Shown: positions 47,125-57,541 of the stretch, piece by piece
How the letters are laid out: each line of letters opens with the position of its first letter
Position numbering within the stretch: the stretch's first letter is position 1
Program-made: the position numbers and the translations under genes
Assembly (NCBI GenBank): GCA_963675745.2
Contig: CAXXWX010000026.1
Span: 512,001 to 576,000 of the forward strand
DNA length: 64,000 bases
Source of the DNA: Phycisphaerae bacterium
Lineage (GTDB): Bacteria; Planctomycetota; Phycisphaerae; UBA1845; Fen-1342
Direction of reading: 5' to 3'
The notes under the pieces: generated by a model
Told to the model about the DNA's origin: nothing
Databases searched by the model: none
The model's input: the letters and a program-made list of their open reading frames with translations, nothing else

Positions 47125-47395
47125 CGTGCTGATTACTGAGGAATGCGCGAACCGCGGTGAATTAAGTGGGTTCGCGGGGGCGACGACAAACACGCCGCGC
47201 TGTTGACGTTTGCGGCAGTCGTCGGCGAGGGGCAAATGCAATAGGGAACGGACCCGACCCCGGACGGCAGGTACACGTGCCGCCGCGATGGGACAGTTGT
47301 CGAGAAGTGTTTTTTTCGTGTGTTTTCAAGGGTGAAATGTTAGAATGAGCCGCTCAAGAAAAACGAGCGCCGCCCGGAATTCCTAGAGGATCGCG

Positions 47396-47953
47396 ATGCC
47401 CATGCAACTTGGCAGTACAGCGCAGCAACAGTCACTCGACCTGCACCTATTTCTGTTCGATCGGCCGCTGCACCCGGAACTGTTCCATCATTACGCCGAC
47501 TATCGCGTATCCCAGGGCGACTACCACGCGGAGATCTGGGTGACGGGGCTGAGCCACGTCGTGAGCCTGACGCGCGGCCATCGCACAGTCACCGAGCTTG
47601 TGGCCCGTGAGAGCGAATCTCTGCCGACGCGCGGCGTCCTGTCACGATTTCGCCTGAAGGGGGAGCGTGATCTCGAGAAGAAGTCGGCCGACGGTTGGTT
47701 GTACATGGTTAGCAGCCAGGTCGAAACGATGGACGAGGCCCTCTACAAGTCCGTACACTTCGATCTTCTGCGACACGCGACGCGGCGCGGTTGGGTACAC
47801 ACGTATGACGAGTGGGCGGACAGCGAGATGGTGCCCTTCACGCACATTGACACTGAAGCCCGCGATCGCGAGTTTCATGTACACGCGTTCCACGCACTGC
47901 CCCAAGAGCACACGCTGGTCAAAACGCAGTCAATCATCGAGTTACCACGCTAG
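47396..47953 (+). CDS. DUF2617-like protein
   Basis: LFDRPLHPELF...SHV...FHALPQE.TLVKTQS pattern, recognised from memory. Confidence 0.65.
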   Translation: MPMQLGSTAQQQSLDLHLFLFDRPLHPELFHHYADYRVSQGDYHAEIWVTGLSHVVSLTRGHRTVTELVARESESLPTRGVLSRFRLKGERDLEKKSADGWLYMVSSQVETMDEALYKSVHFDLLRHATRRGWVHTYDEWADSEMVPFTHIDTEARDREFHVHAFHALPQEHTLVKTQSIIELPR

Positions 47954-48040
47954 CCCCGTAGAGATCGCAGGGCCGGCGCTGCCCCGGGGGCATTGCACCA
48001 TCAGCGACGCACCGACGCCTGACGTCGCCAGCGAAGGGCC

Positions 48041-49957
48041 GTGATGGCGAAGACCGAGCCCGATCTGATCCGCGTGGCCGGCGCCCGCGAGCATAACCTT
48101 TGCGATGTCACACTTACGCTCCGTAAGAACCGCCTGATCTGTTTTACGGGGGTCTCCGGCAGTGGAAAAAGCAGCCTCGCGTTTGACACGCTCTATGCCG
48201 AGGGGCAGCGTCGTTACGTCGAGTCGCTAAGTTCCTATGCCCGCCAGTTCATGGGCCAACTACCCAAGCCTGATGTGGATCAGCTCACCGGGCTGGCCCC
48301 CTCAATCTCCATCCAGCAGAAGACCAGCGGATGGAACCCGCGCAGCACGGTCGGCACAATCACGCAGATTCATGATTATCTGCGGGTGTTATACGCCCGA
48401 GCCGGAATCCAGCATTGCACGCAATGCGGCCTGCCGATCACGGCGCAAACGCGCGAGCAGATGATTGCGCGCATTCTGACGCTTCCCAAGCAAACGCGGT
48501 TCCTGGTGCTGGCCCCCAAGGTGCGCGCGCAGAAAGGTGAGTACAAGGACCTGTTCGCCGACTTGCTTCACCAGGGATTCATCCGGGCGCGCGTGGACGG
48601 CGAGGTCATCGATCTTGCCCAACCCCCGGCGCTGGACCGGTATCGCCGCCACGATATTGAAGTGGTGGTCGATCGCCTGGTGCTGCGTGACGGCGTACGC
48701 ACACGCCTCGCCGAGTCGCTGGAAACGGCCCTGGCGGCCGGCGAGGGGACGGCGATCGTCTCGCTGCTCGAGGCGGAAGCGCCCAAGAGCGCACGGCGTG
48801 GCGGGCACGGCGCGCAGCGCGACATTCTGCTGTCGGCCGGGTACGCCTGCACGGCCTGCAATCTGAGCTTTGAGCCACCGACCCCCCAGATGTTCAGTTT
48901 CAACAGCCCGCAGGGCATGTGCGACTACTGCGACGGATTGGGCGCGCGTTACGACTTCGATCCGGAGTTGCTGGTTCCAGACACGTCGCGGCACTTCCTG
49001 TCGCCGTGCATCGCCGCCATGCGAACCAAGATCGGTCGCTGGCGCAAGCACATCTACCAGGGCGTGGCCGACCACTTGGGATGCGATCTCAAAACGCCCT
49101 GGCGTGACCTGGCACCCGAGGCAAGGCACGCGCTGCTCTATGGCACGGGTGACCAGCACATCACGTTCGAGTGGCGCAGCAGACGACAATCGTGGAAGCA
49201 CGGCGGAACATTTGAGGGCGTGATCAGCGAGTTGCACAGCCGTTATCGGAAATCGAGCTCGGCGATTGTGCGGCGGTTCTACGAGCAGTTCATGCGACAG
49301 ACCGAGTGTCCGCGGTGCCATGGAGCCCGACTCAAGCCGCAATCGCTCATGGCGAAACTTACCGGACCACGCGCTGACGGCGAGTGTGTCCGCATGAACA
49401 TAAACGATGTCTGCCACCTTTCGATCGAACAGGCCGGTCGTTTCTTTGAAGGTCTGCGGCTGGAGGGCGTCCGGCAGACGATCGGCGCGGAGCCCCTGAA
49501 AGAGATCAGGGCGCGGCTGCGCTTCCTGATCGATGTCGGCCTCGAGTATCTGACACTCGATCGCGCGGCGCCCACCTTATCGGGCGGCGAATCTCAGCGG
49601 ATTCGTCTCGCCAGCCAGATTGGCAGCGGGCTGGTGGGCGTGCTGTATGTTCTGGATGAGCCCAGCATTGGCCTGCACCACCGCGACAATCGGCGTCTGC
49701 TGGCCTCACTGGAGCGGTTGCGCGACATGGGCAACACGGTGATCGTGGTCGAGCACGATCGCGATACCATGGCCGCGGCCGACGAAATTGTCGACTTCGG
49801 GCCCGGCCCGGGCATGCGTGGCGGCAAGGTTGTTGCCCAGGGGACCGCATCAGACCTGGCCGCCTGCGAGGAGTCAATCACGGGCGCCTATCTGGCGGAA
49901 CGCGAGACAATCGAAGTTCCCAAAACACGTCGCCCCGTTATTGGCCGATCACGCTGA
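48041..49957 (+). CDS. uvrA: UvrA-like protein, N-terminal half only (one ABC ATPase domain)
   Basis: GAREHNL, TGVSGSGKSSLAFDTLYAEGQRRYVESLS, zinc fingers, LSGGESQRIRLA, YVLDEPSIGLH and VVEHD; stops just after TGAYL...RR. Confidence 0.88.
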   Translation: MMAKTEPDLIRVAGAREHNLCDVTLTLRKNRLICFTGVSGSGKSSLAFDTLYAEGQRRYVESLSSYARQFMGQLPKPDVDQLTGLAPSISIQQKTSGWNPRSTVGTITQIHDYLRVLYARAGIQHCTQCGLPITAQTREQMIARILTLPKQTRFLVLAPKVRAQKGEYKDLFADLLHQGFIRARVDGEVIDLAQPPALDRYRRHDIEVVVDRLVLRDGVRTRLAESLETALAAGEGTAIVSLLEAEAPKSARRGGHGAQRDILLSAGYACTACNLSFEPPTPQMFSFNSPQGMCDYCDGLGARYDFDPELLVPDTSRHFLSPCIAAMRTKIGRWRKHIYQGVADHLGCDLKTPWRDLAPEARHALLYGTGDQHITFEWRSRRQSWKHGGTFEGVISELHSRYRKSSSAIVRRFYEQFMRQTECPRCHGARLKPQSLMAKLTGPRADGECVRMNINDVCHLSIEQAGRFFEGLRLEGVRQTIGAEPLKEIRARLRFLIDVGLEYLTLDRAAPTLSGGESQRIRLASQIGSGLVGVLYVLDEPSIGLHHRDNRRLLASLERLRDMGNTVIVVEHDRDTMAAADEIVDFGPGPGMRGGKVVAQGTASDLAACEESITGAYLAERETIEVPKTRRPVIGRSR

Positions 49958-50338
49958 TTGCGGAGCCGGCAACGCCGGTGCCGCAACAACGTAAGCCGCG
50001 TGGCGGTGTCCTCAGTGCGGCCGTATGGCAGGCCCGGGCATGCACCGCCCCCGCCTTGTTCATCCCGCTGGCGAATTTCGTGCGCACTCCCGATTCAGGG
50101 CATTTTCCCACGTCGTGACTCATAACGTCTACCCGAACTGACAACACATTCGCCATCGAGTCCAACGTTTCCCACACTTGACGAGGATGGCATCTCGCCC
50201 GCGCGGTCAAGTTACCGCTCGGACCGAGCCAAGCCGTCCCTGTGAGAATGGGAGACATGGTCCTGGCGCTGACAGTTGCGGCAACCGCCGTCTGGACGTC
50301 GCACATTGAGGCACTGCGTCTGGCGCCGAGGGAAAGCA

Positions 50339-50524
50339 ATGGCCGTTACAGTGATATGCCCAAACCTGAACTGTGGACGAACGATCGTCGTCCCGGATAG
50401 CGCCCGCGGCCAGATGGTGCGCTGCGCGCATTGCGATCAGCCCTTCCTTGTGCCCCACTCGGAGCCTGCGACCGTACCCGGCGCCGGGCAGTCGGGTACG
50501 AAAGGGTCAAAGAACGGGCGCTAG
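50339..50524 (+). CDS. small zinc-ribbon protein
   Basis: MAVTVICPNLNCG...VPD...GQMVRCAHCDQPFLVP. Confidence 0.75.
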   Translation: MAVTVICPNLNCGRTIVVPDSARGQMVRCAHCDQPFLVPHSEPATVPGAGQSGTKGSKNGR

Positions 50525-50556
50525 CACGACGACACAGCAGCACGACGAGCAGAGCC

Positions 50557-51150
50557 ATGGATCAGGACAGTTGCGCCCCGCCGCCGGCGGGTGACCTCTC
50601 CACAGCTTCACAAGCCGCCGACACAGCACCGGAAACGGACATCGCCGGTCTGGGCGTGTTGTTTGCCGCAATCCCCAAGCTCATTCGCCCGATGCTGGCG
50701 GGCCTGGATGAGCAGCCGCCGGACCACGCGCGCCTGGTGCTCAGGGCGGCGACGGAAGCGTTGCGAGCCGATCCCGATCAGCGCGAACTGCTCTACTGCG
50801 CCGGCTATGCATCGGCCGTGCTGGGCCACTGGCACCATGCTACACACTTCGTGAAACGCATGCTGGACGCGAACGCGCGCGATATCGACGGACTGATACT
50901 GGCGGCGAAGGTGTCGCGGGCGCTGGGCGATGTTGTCGGCGCAATCAATCGAGTTGAGCAGGCCCTGGCGTACGGCGCCCAGCGCGGGAGCGTCTACGTG
51001 TTGCAGGGCGAACTGTATCTGGAAGCGGGCAACATCGAGCGTGCCCATCAGGCGTCACGACGCGCGCTGGAACAGAATCCGCGCCTGACCTCGGCACATG
51101 ACCTGGCCCGGCAACTCGCCGCGGCGACGCGCGAGTGTGAGACTCCATGA
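50557..51150 (+). CDS. TPR protein
   Basis: Helical repeats, e.g. VYVLQGELYLEAGNIERA...ALEQNP; 4-bp overlap with the next gene. Confidence 0.7.
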   Translation: MDQDSCAPPPAGDLSTASQAADTAPETDIAGLGVLFAAIPKLIRPMLAGLDEQPPDHARLVLRAATEALRADPDQRELLYCAGYASAVLGHWHHATHFVKRMLDANARDIDGLILAAKVSRALGDVVGAINRVEQALAYGAQRGSVYVLQGELYLEAGNIERAHQASRRALEQNPRLTSAHDLARQLAAATRECETP

Positions 51151-52820
51151 GCTATCTGCTCGAAACTTTGGGACGCGGACTTCTGGGACGCATGCTGGAT
51201 GCGTTCGAAGAACACCTGCGCACCGTCACGGACGAAACGGTGGAGCAGGCGCGCGAGAGGCTTGCGGCTTCGCCGCGCTCGACCGATCTCGCGCTGCGCC
51301 TGGGCACGCTATGTTTGCGCGCCGGCCGGTTGAGTGAAGCGCATGACATGTTTCTACGCGTGTCACGCACCGACGCGACCTCGCGGACGGCGGTGCTGGG
51401 GTTGGCCTGCGTCAGCGATGATCGCGGCCGGCTCGACGAGGCGGAGCGCTACCTCTCCAGCGCCGCCGAGATTGACCCGACCGACCCGGCGATCAGATTC
51501 GCCCAGGGGTTTACCTGCGAACGGCGCGGCGACACCGCGTCAGCGCTCTCGTACTACCAGCACGCAATCGAGTTGCACCCCTACCTGCGCAACGCGTACC
51601 AGCGCATTGCGGCGATCGCCGTTGTCCAGGGCGATCTTGAGGCGGCGACAGACGCCTACCTGAGACTGTTGGACGTCGATCCCGAGGATCTCGAGACAAT
51701 GTTGACGGTGGCCACGCTGCACGTGCAGGCCAATGATCTACAGGAGGCGATCGATCTGTATCAGCGGGCGTTGCTGGTGCAGCCTCAGTGCGAAAGCGTG
51801 ATGAGCGAGGCGGAGCGTCTCACCGAGCAGGGCCACCTGGACGATGCCATCGCGGAGGTCGAGCAACTGGTGGGGCAATACCCCGGCGTGCCGGACTTCC
51901 ACATGCACTTGGGAGACATGTATGCCAAGGCCGGCCATGAGAGCCGCGCTTTGGATGAGTATCGCGCGGCGCTGGAATATCACCCCAATTTCCTGGAGGC
52001 CACGATCAAGCTCGGCACGCAACAGCTACGCCAGGGCATGCATTTTGATGCGGCCCAGTCGTTTGCGCGCGCGGTTGAGTTGAACGACCGGCTGATCACC
52101 GCATTCGTCGGCCTGGGTGTCGCGCAAGCCCACGCGGGATATGACGAAGAGGCCAATGCGACGTTCGACCTGGCGACCAGCCTCGAGCCGAACAGCACGC
52201 TGCTGTTCTCGGAAACGACGCGGCTGCGCTTGACGTCGCGCTTGGGTGATGAAGGTGACGCCGACCTGGCAACGGCCGCATCCGCGGAGCCGCGGGGCGT
52301 CGACGTGCTGAGCGATGCGGTTCGGCGTCACGAGCAATACCTGCTGCGCAACCCGAATGATGCCGCGCTGCACTACCGCTATGGCCTGCTGTTGCGCCAA
52401 TTCGGGCGCTACGAGGAGGCTATCGGGGCGTTTCGCAACGCCGTGCTGATCAGCCCACATTTCACGCTGGCGCTGATCAAGCTGGGCATCTCGTTGAAGG
52501 AGACCGGCCAGGCGGAAGACGCAACGGCCGTGTTCGGCCGCGCGATGACGCTCAGCCCGTACGACGCCGAGCTTCACTACGAGCTGGCCTTGCTGTTTGC
52601 GCAACGGAGCCGGTTTGACCTTGCCGTGGAGAGCTTTGCGCCTGTGTCATACGCCGGCGGGCGTGATGTTTCGCTGCGCGCCAATCTGGGGCTGGCGCTG
52701 CAGAACATCGGTATGCTGGACCGCGCTCGCGCAACCTGGCGATCCATCTGCGAACTCGCCGACGACACCGAGCCGCGCGGCATGACGCGCGAAGAGATTC
52801 TGCGTTCGCTCGAAGACTAG
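51147..52820 (+). CDS. large TPR protein
   Basis: Many TPR motifs (PNDAALHYRYGLLL..G.YEEAI..F..A). Confidence 0.88.
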   Translation: MSYLLETLGRGLLGRMLDAFEEHLRTVTDETVEQARERLAASPRSTDLALRLGTLCLRAGRLSEAHDMFLRVSRTDATSRTAVLGLACVSDDRGRLDEAERYLSSAAEIDPTDPAIRFAQGFTCERRGDTASALSYYQHAIELHPYLRNAYQRIAAIAVVQGDLEAATDAYLRLLDVDPEDLETMLTVATLHVQANDLQEAIDLYQRALLVQPQCESVMSEAERLTEQGHLDDAIAEVEQLVGQYPGVPDFHMHLGDMYAKAGHESRALDEYRAALEYHPNFLEATIKLGTQQLRQGMHFDAAQSFARAVELNDRLITAFVGLGVAQAHAGYDEEANATFDLATSLEPNSTLLFSETTRLRLTSRLGDEGDADLATAASAEPRGVDVLSDAVRRHEQYLLRNPNDAALHYRYGLLLRQFGRYEEAIGAFRNAVLISPHFTLALIKLGISLKETGQAEDATAVFGRAMTLSPYDAELHYELALLFAQRSRFDLAVESFAPVSYAGGRDVSLRANLGLALQNIGMLDRARATWRSICELADDTEPRGMTREEILRSLED

Positions 52821-52951
52821 CCCCTCCTCCCGGCGATCAAGCGCCCCTGCTCGGCTGGAACCGCAACGTACGCTATAGTGTCGATGATCAGCTCGCGCAG
52901 GTGGATTGTGCGCGCGGGTAGAGAAGCGACCTCGGATGAAAGGCATGGCGA

Positions 52952-53284
52952 ATGCGAACGGTGATCGTTTTGAATCACGACCAGATGGGACAGGGTGATC
53001 TCGAGCTCGGACAAAAGATTCTGGCGACGTTTCTGCGCAAGTCGATCAGCATCAAAAACGTGGCCGCGGTACTGCTCTACAACAGCGCCGTGCGGCTGAT
53101 TGTCTCCGGGTCGCCGGTGCTGGGGGAACTGGCACAGCTTCATGAGAACGGTGTGGACCTGCTGGCCTGCGGCACCTGCCTGGATCATTACGGCCTCCGC
53201 GAGTCAGTCGCCGTGGGGACAGTGGCCGGCATGGAAGACGTAGTGCGGGAGTTGGACCGCGCTGAGAAAGTGATCACTTTGTAG
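52952..53284 (+). CDS. DsrE/YedF-like sulfur/selenium relay protein (stand-alone DsrE-like domain)
   Basis: MGQGDLELGQKIL..FL, LYNSAVRL, LACGTCLDHYGL and AEKVITL. Confidence 0.8.
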   Translation: MRTVIVLNHDQMGQGDLELGQKILATFLRKSISIKNVAAVLLYNSAVRLIVSGSPVLGELAQLHENGVDLLACGTCLDHYGLRESVAVGTVAGMEDVVRELDRAEKVITL

Positions 53285-53463
53285 CAGGCGTCAATTGGGG
53301 GCAATCGCGAGCAGGAAGTGCCCGGCGGGCGCAAGGTATGCGCGCGTGTGAAGGTCGCCCCGGCATCGTGTCAAAAACCTGAAATCCGCACATATCCCGT
53401 AAATAAGCCCGCGACAGTGGCTTAGCGTTGACCGCCGCGGTTTGCCCGGCGTGATCGGCGCGC

Positions 53464-53480
53464 TTGGCACACCATCTGCC
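53464..53480 (+). promoter_or_regulatory. sigma54 (-24/-12) promoter for the flagellar operon
   Basis: TTGGCACACCATCTGCC, with correct GG-N10-GC spacing. Confidence 0.7.
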
Positions 53481-53811
53481 AATCACTCGCGTACGGCGGT
53501 GCAGGCTTGCGCGATCGCAGCCTGCCCGTGGAAGTGTCCTGGTAGAGGAGTCGCCTGATGCGGCGCGGCAAGTGCAGTGTGAATACCGTTGCGACGGGCG
53601 ATTGGTGTGAACTGGGGCGACGGGTGTTGTCCGAGGCGTCGCGTCTGGCCAAGGAGCAGGCCGCGTGGGCGACCTCCGGCGGACAACAAAGCGGATCGGC
53701 GGTTGTTACGAAGTGGACCACGGATGGTCATGAGAGCCAGCCGGCTTTCACCGAACCGCACTCCGAGGTGACAGCGCCCGTCGCCCGGCCTCTTCAGCGG
53801 GAAGCCCGGTC

Positions 53812-54561
53812 ATGATCTATGGGCTGTATCACTCGGCGGCAGGCATGCTGACTAACGAGTATCGTCAGAGCGTCACCGCCAATAACCTGGCGAACGCCGA
53901 CACGGTCGGGTTCAAGCGGGACATCGCGACCTTCGCGGAACGTGTGCCCGCTCGCACGGCGGGTGTGCGGCGCGGCCCCAGCAACGCCGACCTGGCGGGC
54001 CTCTCGGGCGGCATGTGGCTGGGGCAGACTCAGACCAGCTTCGCCGACGGGCCGAACACGCGAACCGGCCATCATACGGACGTGGCCCTGGTCGGGCCCG
54101 GCTTTTTGATGGTGGATAAGAACGGCGAGACGTTGTTGACGCGTGACGGTCGCATGATGGTTGACCAGGACGGGCACCTGCTGGCGGCCAGCGATGGCGC
54201 GGCGGTGCTCGGAGCGGGCGGCACGCCGATCAGGGTCAACCCGCGCGGGGGCGAGCTATCCGTTGATGAAGAGGGCCACGTCATGCAGGGCGGGGTGCGC
54301 GTGGCGCAACTGGCGATGACCGACGTCGACAGTTACGACAAGCTGCGCAAGGCCGGGGCCGGTCGTTTCACATTCGACAGCGATGACCTCACCCCGACAG
54401 CGGCACGCATTCGGCACGGATTCATCGAGCAGTCGGCGGTGGAGCCGGTTAAGGAACTCGTGAACATGATCGAGGCCGCACGCGCGTATCAGATTAACGC
54501 GCAGATGGTCTCGCTTCAGGATCAGTCAATTTCCCGTTTGCTCAACTTCGCGGCGGTCTAG
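53812..54561 (+). CDS. flgF: flagellar basal-body rod protein FlgF
   Basis: MIYGLY.SA, ANNLANADTVGFK, LLTRDG and SAVEPVKELVNMI. Confidence 0.88.
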   Translation: MIYGLYHSAAGMLTNEYRQSVTANNLANADTVGFKRDIATFAERVPARTAGVRRGPSNADLAGLSGGMWLGQTQTSFADGPNTRTGHHTDVALVGPGFLMVDKNGETLLTRDGRMMVDQDGHLLAASDGAAVLGAGGTPIRVNPRGGELSVDEEGHVMQGGVRVAQLAMTDVDSYDKLRKAGAGRFTFDSDDLTPTAARIRHGFIEQSAVEPVKELVNMIEAARAYQINAQMVSLQDQSISRLLNFAAV

Positions 54562-54642
54562 CGGCGCGCGGCAGAGCAGACCCTCGGTTGGTCCCTGTGG
54601 GCCGCCGGGGGCGCGACGGATCAAGGTGGAGGTAGCCGGCAC

Positions 54643-55440
54643 ATGGCGATCATGGCGCTTCATACCGCGGCGACGGGGATGCAGGCCCTGTCAACCAAGA
54701 TCGATGTGATTGCAAACAACATCGCGAACGCCGACACGGTGGGCTACAAGTCCTCGCGGGCCAATTTCCAGGACCTGCTCTACCAGATCCGTGACCAGCC
54801 GGGCGTACAGACCAGCACCGAGACCAACTCCCCGCTGGGTACACAGATCGGGCTGGGAGTGACGGTCAGCAACACGCAGGTGCTGTTCAAGCAGGGCTCG
54901 GCGATGCCCACCGGCAACCCGCTCGACGTGATGATCCACGGCGATGGGTTCTTTCAGGTTGAACTGCCCGGCGGCGGAACCGGCTACACCCGCGCCGGCA
55001 ATTTCGTCGCCAACTCCGACGGCGAGCTCGTGCTGGGCAACAGCTTTGGGTACCGGCTGGTCGACAGCCCGACCATTCCGGACGACGCACCGCGCGACGC
55101 GGTGAGCATCTCTTCAAACGGTCAGATTACGGTAACGCGCGAGGGAACCACCGAGGAGCTCGGCACGATTGCGCTGGTTCGTTTCATCAACCCCGACGGG
55201 CTGCTCCAGGATGGTGCCAACATATTCCTGCAAAGCGCATCTTCGGGCGAACCCATCGAGGGCGAGCCCGGCGAGAACGGTATGGGGCTATTGCAGGGCG
55301 GCCACCTGGAGCTCAGCACCACCGAAGCCGTCACCGAACTGGTCGAGCTGATCAAAACGCAGCGCGTCTTTCAGATGAACTCACAGTCGATCCAATCGGC
55401 GGACGAGGCGTTGCAGGTTGTCGCCAACCTGAGGCGGTAG
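54643..55440 (+). CDS. flgG: flagellar basal-body rod protein FlgG
   Basis: TAATGM, IANNIANADTVGYK..R..FQDLLYQ, GDGFFQV and YTRAG. Confidence 0.93.
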   Translation: MAIMALHTAATGMQALSTKIDVIANNIANADTVGYKSSRANFQDLLYQIRDQPGVQTSTETNSPLGTQIGLGVTVSNTQVLFKQGSAMPTGNPLDVMIHGDGFFQVELPGGGTGYTRAGNFVANSDGELVLGNSFGYRLVDSPTIPDDAPRDAVSISSNGQITVTREGTTEELGTIALVRFINPDGLLQDGANIFLQSASSGEPIEGEPGENGMGLLQGGHLELSTTEAVTELVELIKTQRVFQMNSQSIQSADEALQVVANLRR

Positions 55441-55478
55441 GTGGCCATGACCCCGGTTAACGCTCTGGAGAGCGGATC

Positions 55479-56549
55479 ATGATGCGATGGATAAGTGCGG
55501 TACTGGTGGTGACGGCGGTTGGAGCCGCGGCCGCCAATGATGTGTTGGTGCCACAGACTTCACGGATCAAGCTGCGGCCGCAGGCGAGCGCGCGTGCGGA
55601 CGCCGCCACGTTTGCCAACGTGCTTGACTTGAGTCAAGCCGATCCGTTGCTGGTTGAGGCGATCGGCGAGAAGTCCGTGTTTGCCGTGCCGCCGGCGTAC
55701 GGAACGGTGGAATTGTCTCACGATCAGATTGTCGCGCGCCTGGCGTCGCTGGGTGTGAACCGGGCGCGCGTACTGGTACATGGCGCGCTGGTCTGTCACG
55801 TGACGATCGAGCCGGCAAACTCAGATATCGAGGTGCTCTCCGAACACCCGGAAGCGCGGGCGGCGATGGGCGCACCGCTGGTGCGTCCAGCCGCCACGCC
55901 CGATGGCCGGACGGCCACGCTGGCAGATGTAGTAAAAAGCAGGCTGCGGCATGAGCTGGCATCGGACGGTGGTGACGTCGATGTGCAGTTCGAGCGCGGC
56001 AGCGAGCAATACGTCGCATTGACCACGCCGCCCTACGACTTTGTCGTGCGCAGCGTCGGTAAGGACAAACTCGGGATGCGCGAACTGCGTGTGCTGATCC
56101 GTCGCGAAAAGCAGGCGCAACGCACGGTGCCCCTGTTTGTCAATGTACGGCTGGTGAAGCCCGTCGTCGTGGCACGCGAACCGCTGAACGTCGGTGCCAC
56201 CGTGCACCCCGAAGATGTCATGCTCGAAAAACGCGTGTTTGACGAGACCGAGGAGACCGGATTCGACTCGCCCTCCGTGGTTATCGGGCAACAGGTCAAG
56301 CGGTATGTGGCGCCGGGCGCGATGGTCGGGCGTCAGGATCTCACGGCGGTTGATCTGGTGCGGCGCTCGCGCCCGGTGACGCTGCTGGGTGGGGCCGGAG
56401 GCGTGAGCGCACAGCTTACCGGGGTGGCCCTCGAATCCGGCAGCTTCGGCGAGACGGTGCGCGTACGCATCGGGAGCATGCACAAGAGCCGCCGTGAACT
56501 GCGCGGCGTGGTTACGGGCGTGGGGACGGTTCGGATCATCCAGCAATGA
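55479..56549 (+). CDS. flgA: flagellar P-ring formation chaperone FlgA
   Basis: Signal peptide, C-terminal SAF domain (VVVAREPL..G...GVALESG..GE.VRV); position between flgG and flgH. Confidence 0.8.
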   Translation: MMRWISAVLVVTAVGAAAANDVLVPQTSRIKLRPQASARADAATFANVLDLSQADPLLVEAIGEKSVFAVPPAYGTVELSHDQIVARLASLGVNRARVLVHGALVCHVTIEPANSDIEVLSEHPEARAAMGAPLVRPAATPDGRTATLADVVKSRLRHELASDGGDVDVQFERGSEQYVALTTPPYDFVVRSVGKDKLGMRELRVLIRREKQAQRTVPLFVNVRLVKPVVVAREPLNVGATVHPEDVMLEKRVFDETEETGFDSPSVVIGQQVKRYVAPGAMVGRQDLTAVDLVRRSRPVTLLGGAGGVSAQLTGVALESGSFGETVRVRIGSMHKSRRELRGVVTGVGTVRIIQQ

Positions 56550-56586
56550 CGGCCGCCGCAAGTTGGCGATGAATGGAGAACACGTG

Positions 56587-57381
56587 ATGCGTTACACATG
56601 TGCCTTACTCGTGGTGGTGGCGTGCGGCGTCACCGCTGTGGCGCAGAACAACTCACTGTTCAATGCCAGCCCCGGGCCGGCGGCTCCGATGGGACCGGCG
56701 ACGACCGTCGAAGAGCCGACGCGCGCTGCGGTGAGCACGGAGCTGATTCCGATCAACGTGCCGCAGCCGGTGATGTCAGCGCGGCAACGCACAGCCGATG
56801 AGAGCTCGAAAAACGTCCAGAACGCCACGCTGCTGGCGATTTCGCCGATCACGGTGGCCGCGCCCGAACCGAAGAAGCTCCAGGTTAATGACTTCGTGAC
56901 GGTGATCGTGCGCCAGACGATGGACCGCAGCTCGGATGCCACGTTGAAATCCGAGAAGGACTGGAAGGTCAAGTCGCAGCTCTCGGAGTTCTTCAGACTT
57001 AACGAAGAGAATCACCTGATCCCGCAGACGTTCGCGGACGGCAAGCCGGGTGTCGAGTTTGACTTCGACAACGAATACGAGGGCAAGGGCAAGAGCTCAC
57101 GTAAGGACTCGCTCACCACGCGCATTACCGCGCGGGTCCTCGATATCAAGCCCAACGGCACGCTGGTGATCGAAGCCAAGAACCGGATCAAGAGCGGTGA
57201 AGAGGAGTACATCATCACCTTGACCGGCGAGTGTCGCAGTGAAGACGTCAGTGCCCAGAACACGGTGCTCAGCACGCAGGTCTACAACCTCGACCTGGTG
57301 CACGAACCAACCGGCGCGGTGCGCGACGCAGCGCGGCGCGGCTGGCTGATGCGCGCCTTTGACCTGCTGAGACCGTTGTAA
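56587..57381 (+). CDS. flgH: flagellar L-ring protein FlgH
   Basis: V.D.VTVIV, ITARVLDIKPNGTLVI, LTG.CR.EDV...NTV.S and GWL. Confidence 0.88.
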   Translation: MRYTCALLVVVACGVTAVAQNNSLFNASPGPAAPMGPATTVEEPTRAAVSTELIPINVPQPVMSARQRTADESSKNVQNATLLAISPITVAAPEPKKLQVNDFVTVIVRQTMDRSSDATLKSEKDWKVKSQLSEFFRLNEENHLIPQTFADGKPGVEFDFDNEYEGKGKSSRKDSLTTRITARVLDIKPNGTLVIEAKNRIKSGEEEYIITLTGECRSEDVSAQNTVLSTQVYNLDLVHEPTGAVRDAARRGWLMRAFDLLRPL

Positions 57382-57541
57382 GTCACATGCGTAGCGGCCG
57401 ACCCCCGAGTCGGCCGTGGCGCAGAGAGGGTGCGAGTCGGCCGCAAGACGTTCGCCTCGGGGGGCGGACACTACAGGTGACCGTGGCCGGCAGCGGGTGT
57501 TGACGACCTAGAAGAGATGCCGCGTTGGAGACAGGCACGTC

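Noticed and set aside
47180..47226. Hairpin after accA as a riboswitch
   Set aside because: Single GC-rich stem with no recognisable aptamer; more likely a terminator or stabiliser.
49958..50150. Frameshifted continuation of uvrA
   Set aside because: One frame gives CRNNV, faintly like NNLK, but no Walker A follows and stops intervene.
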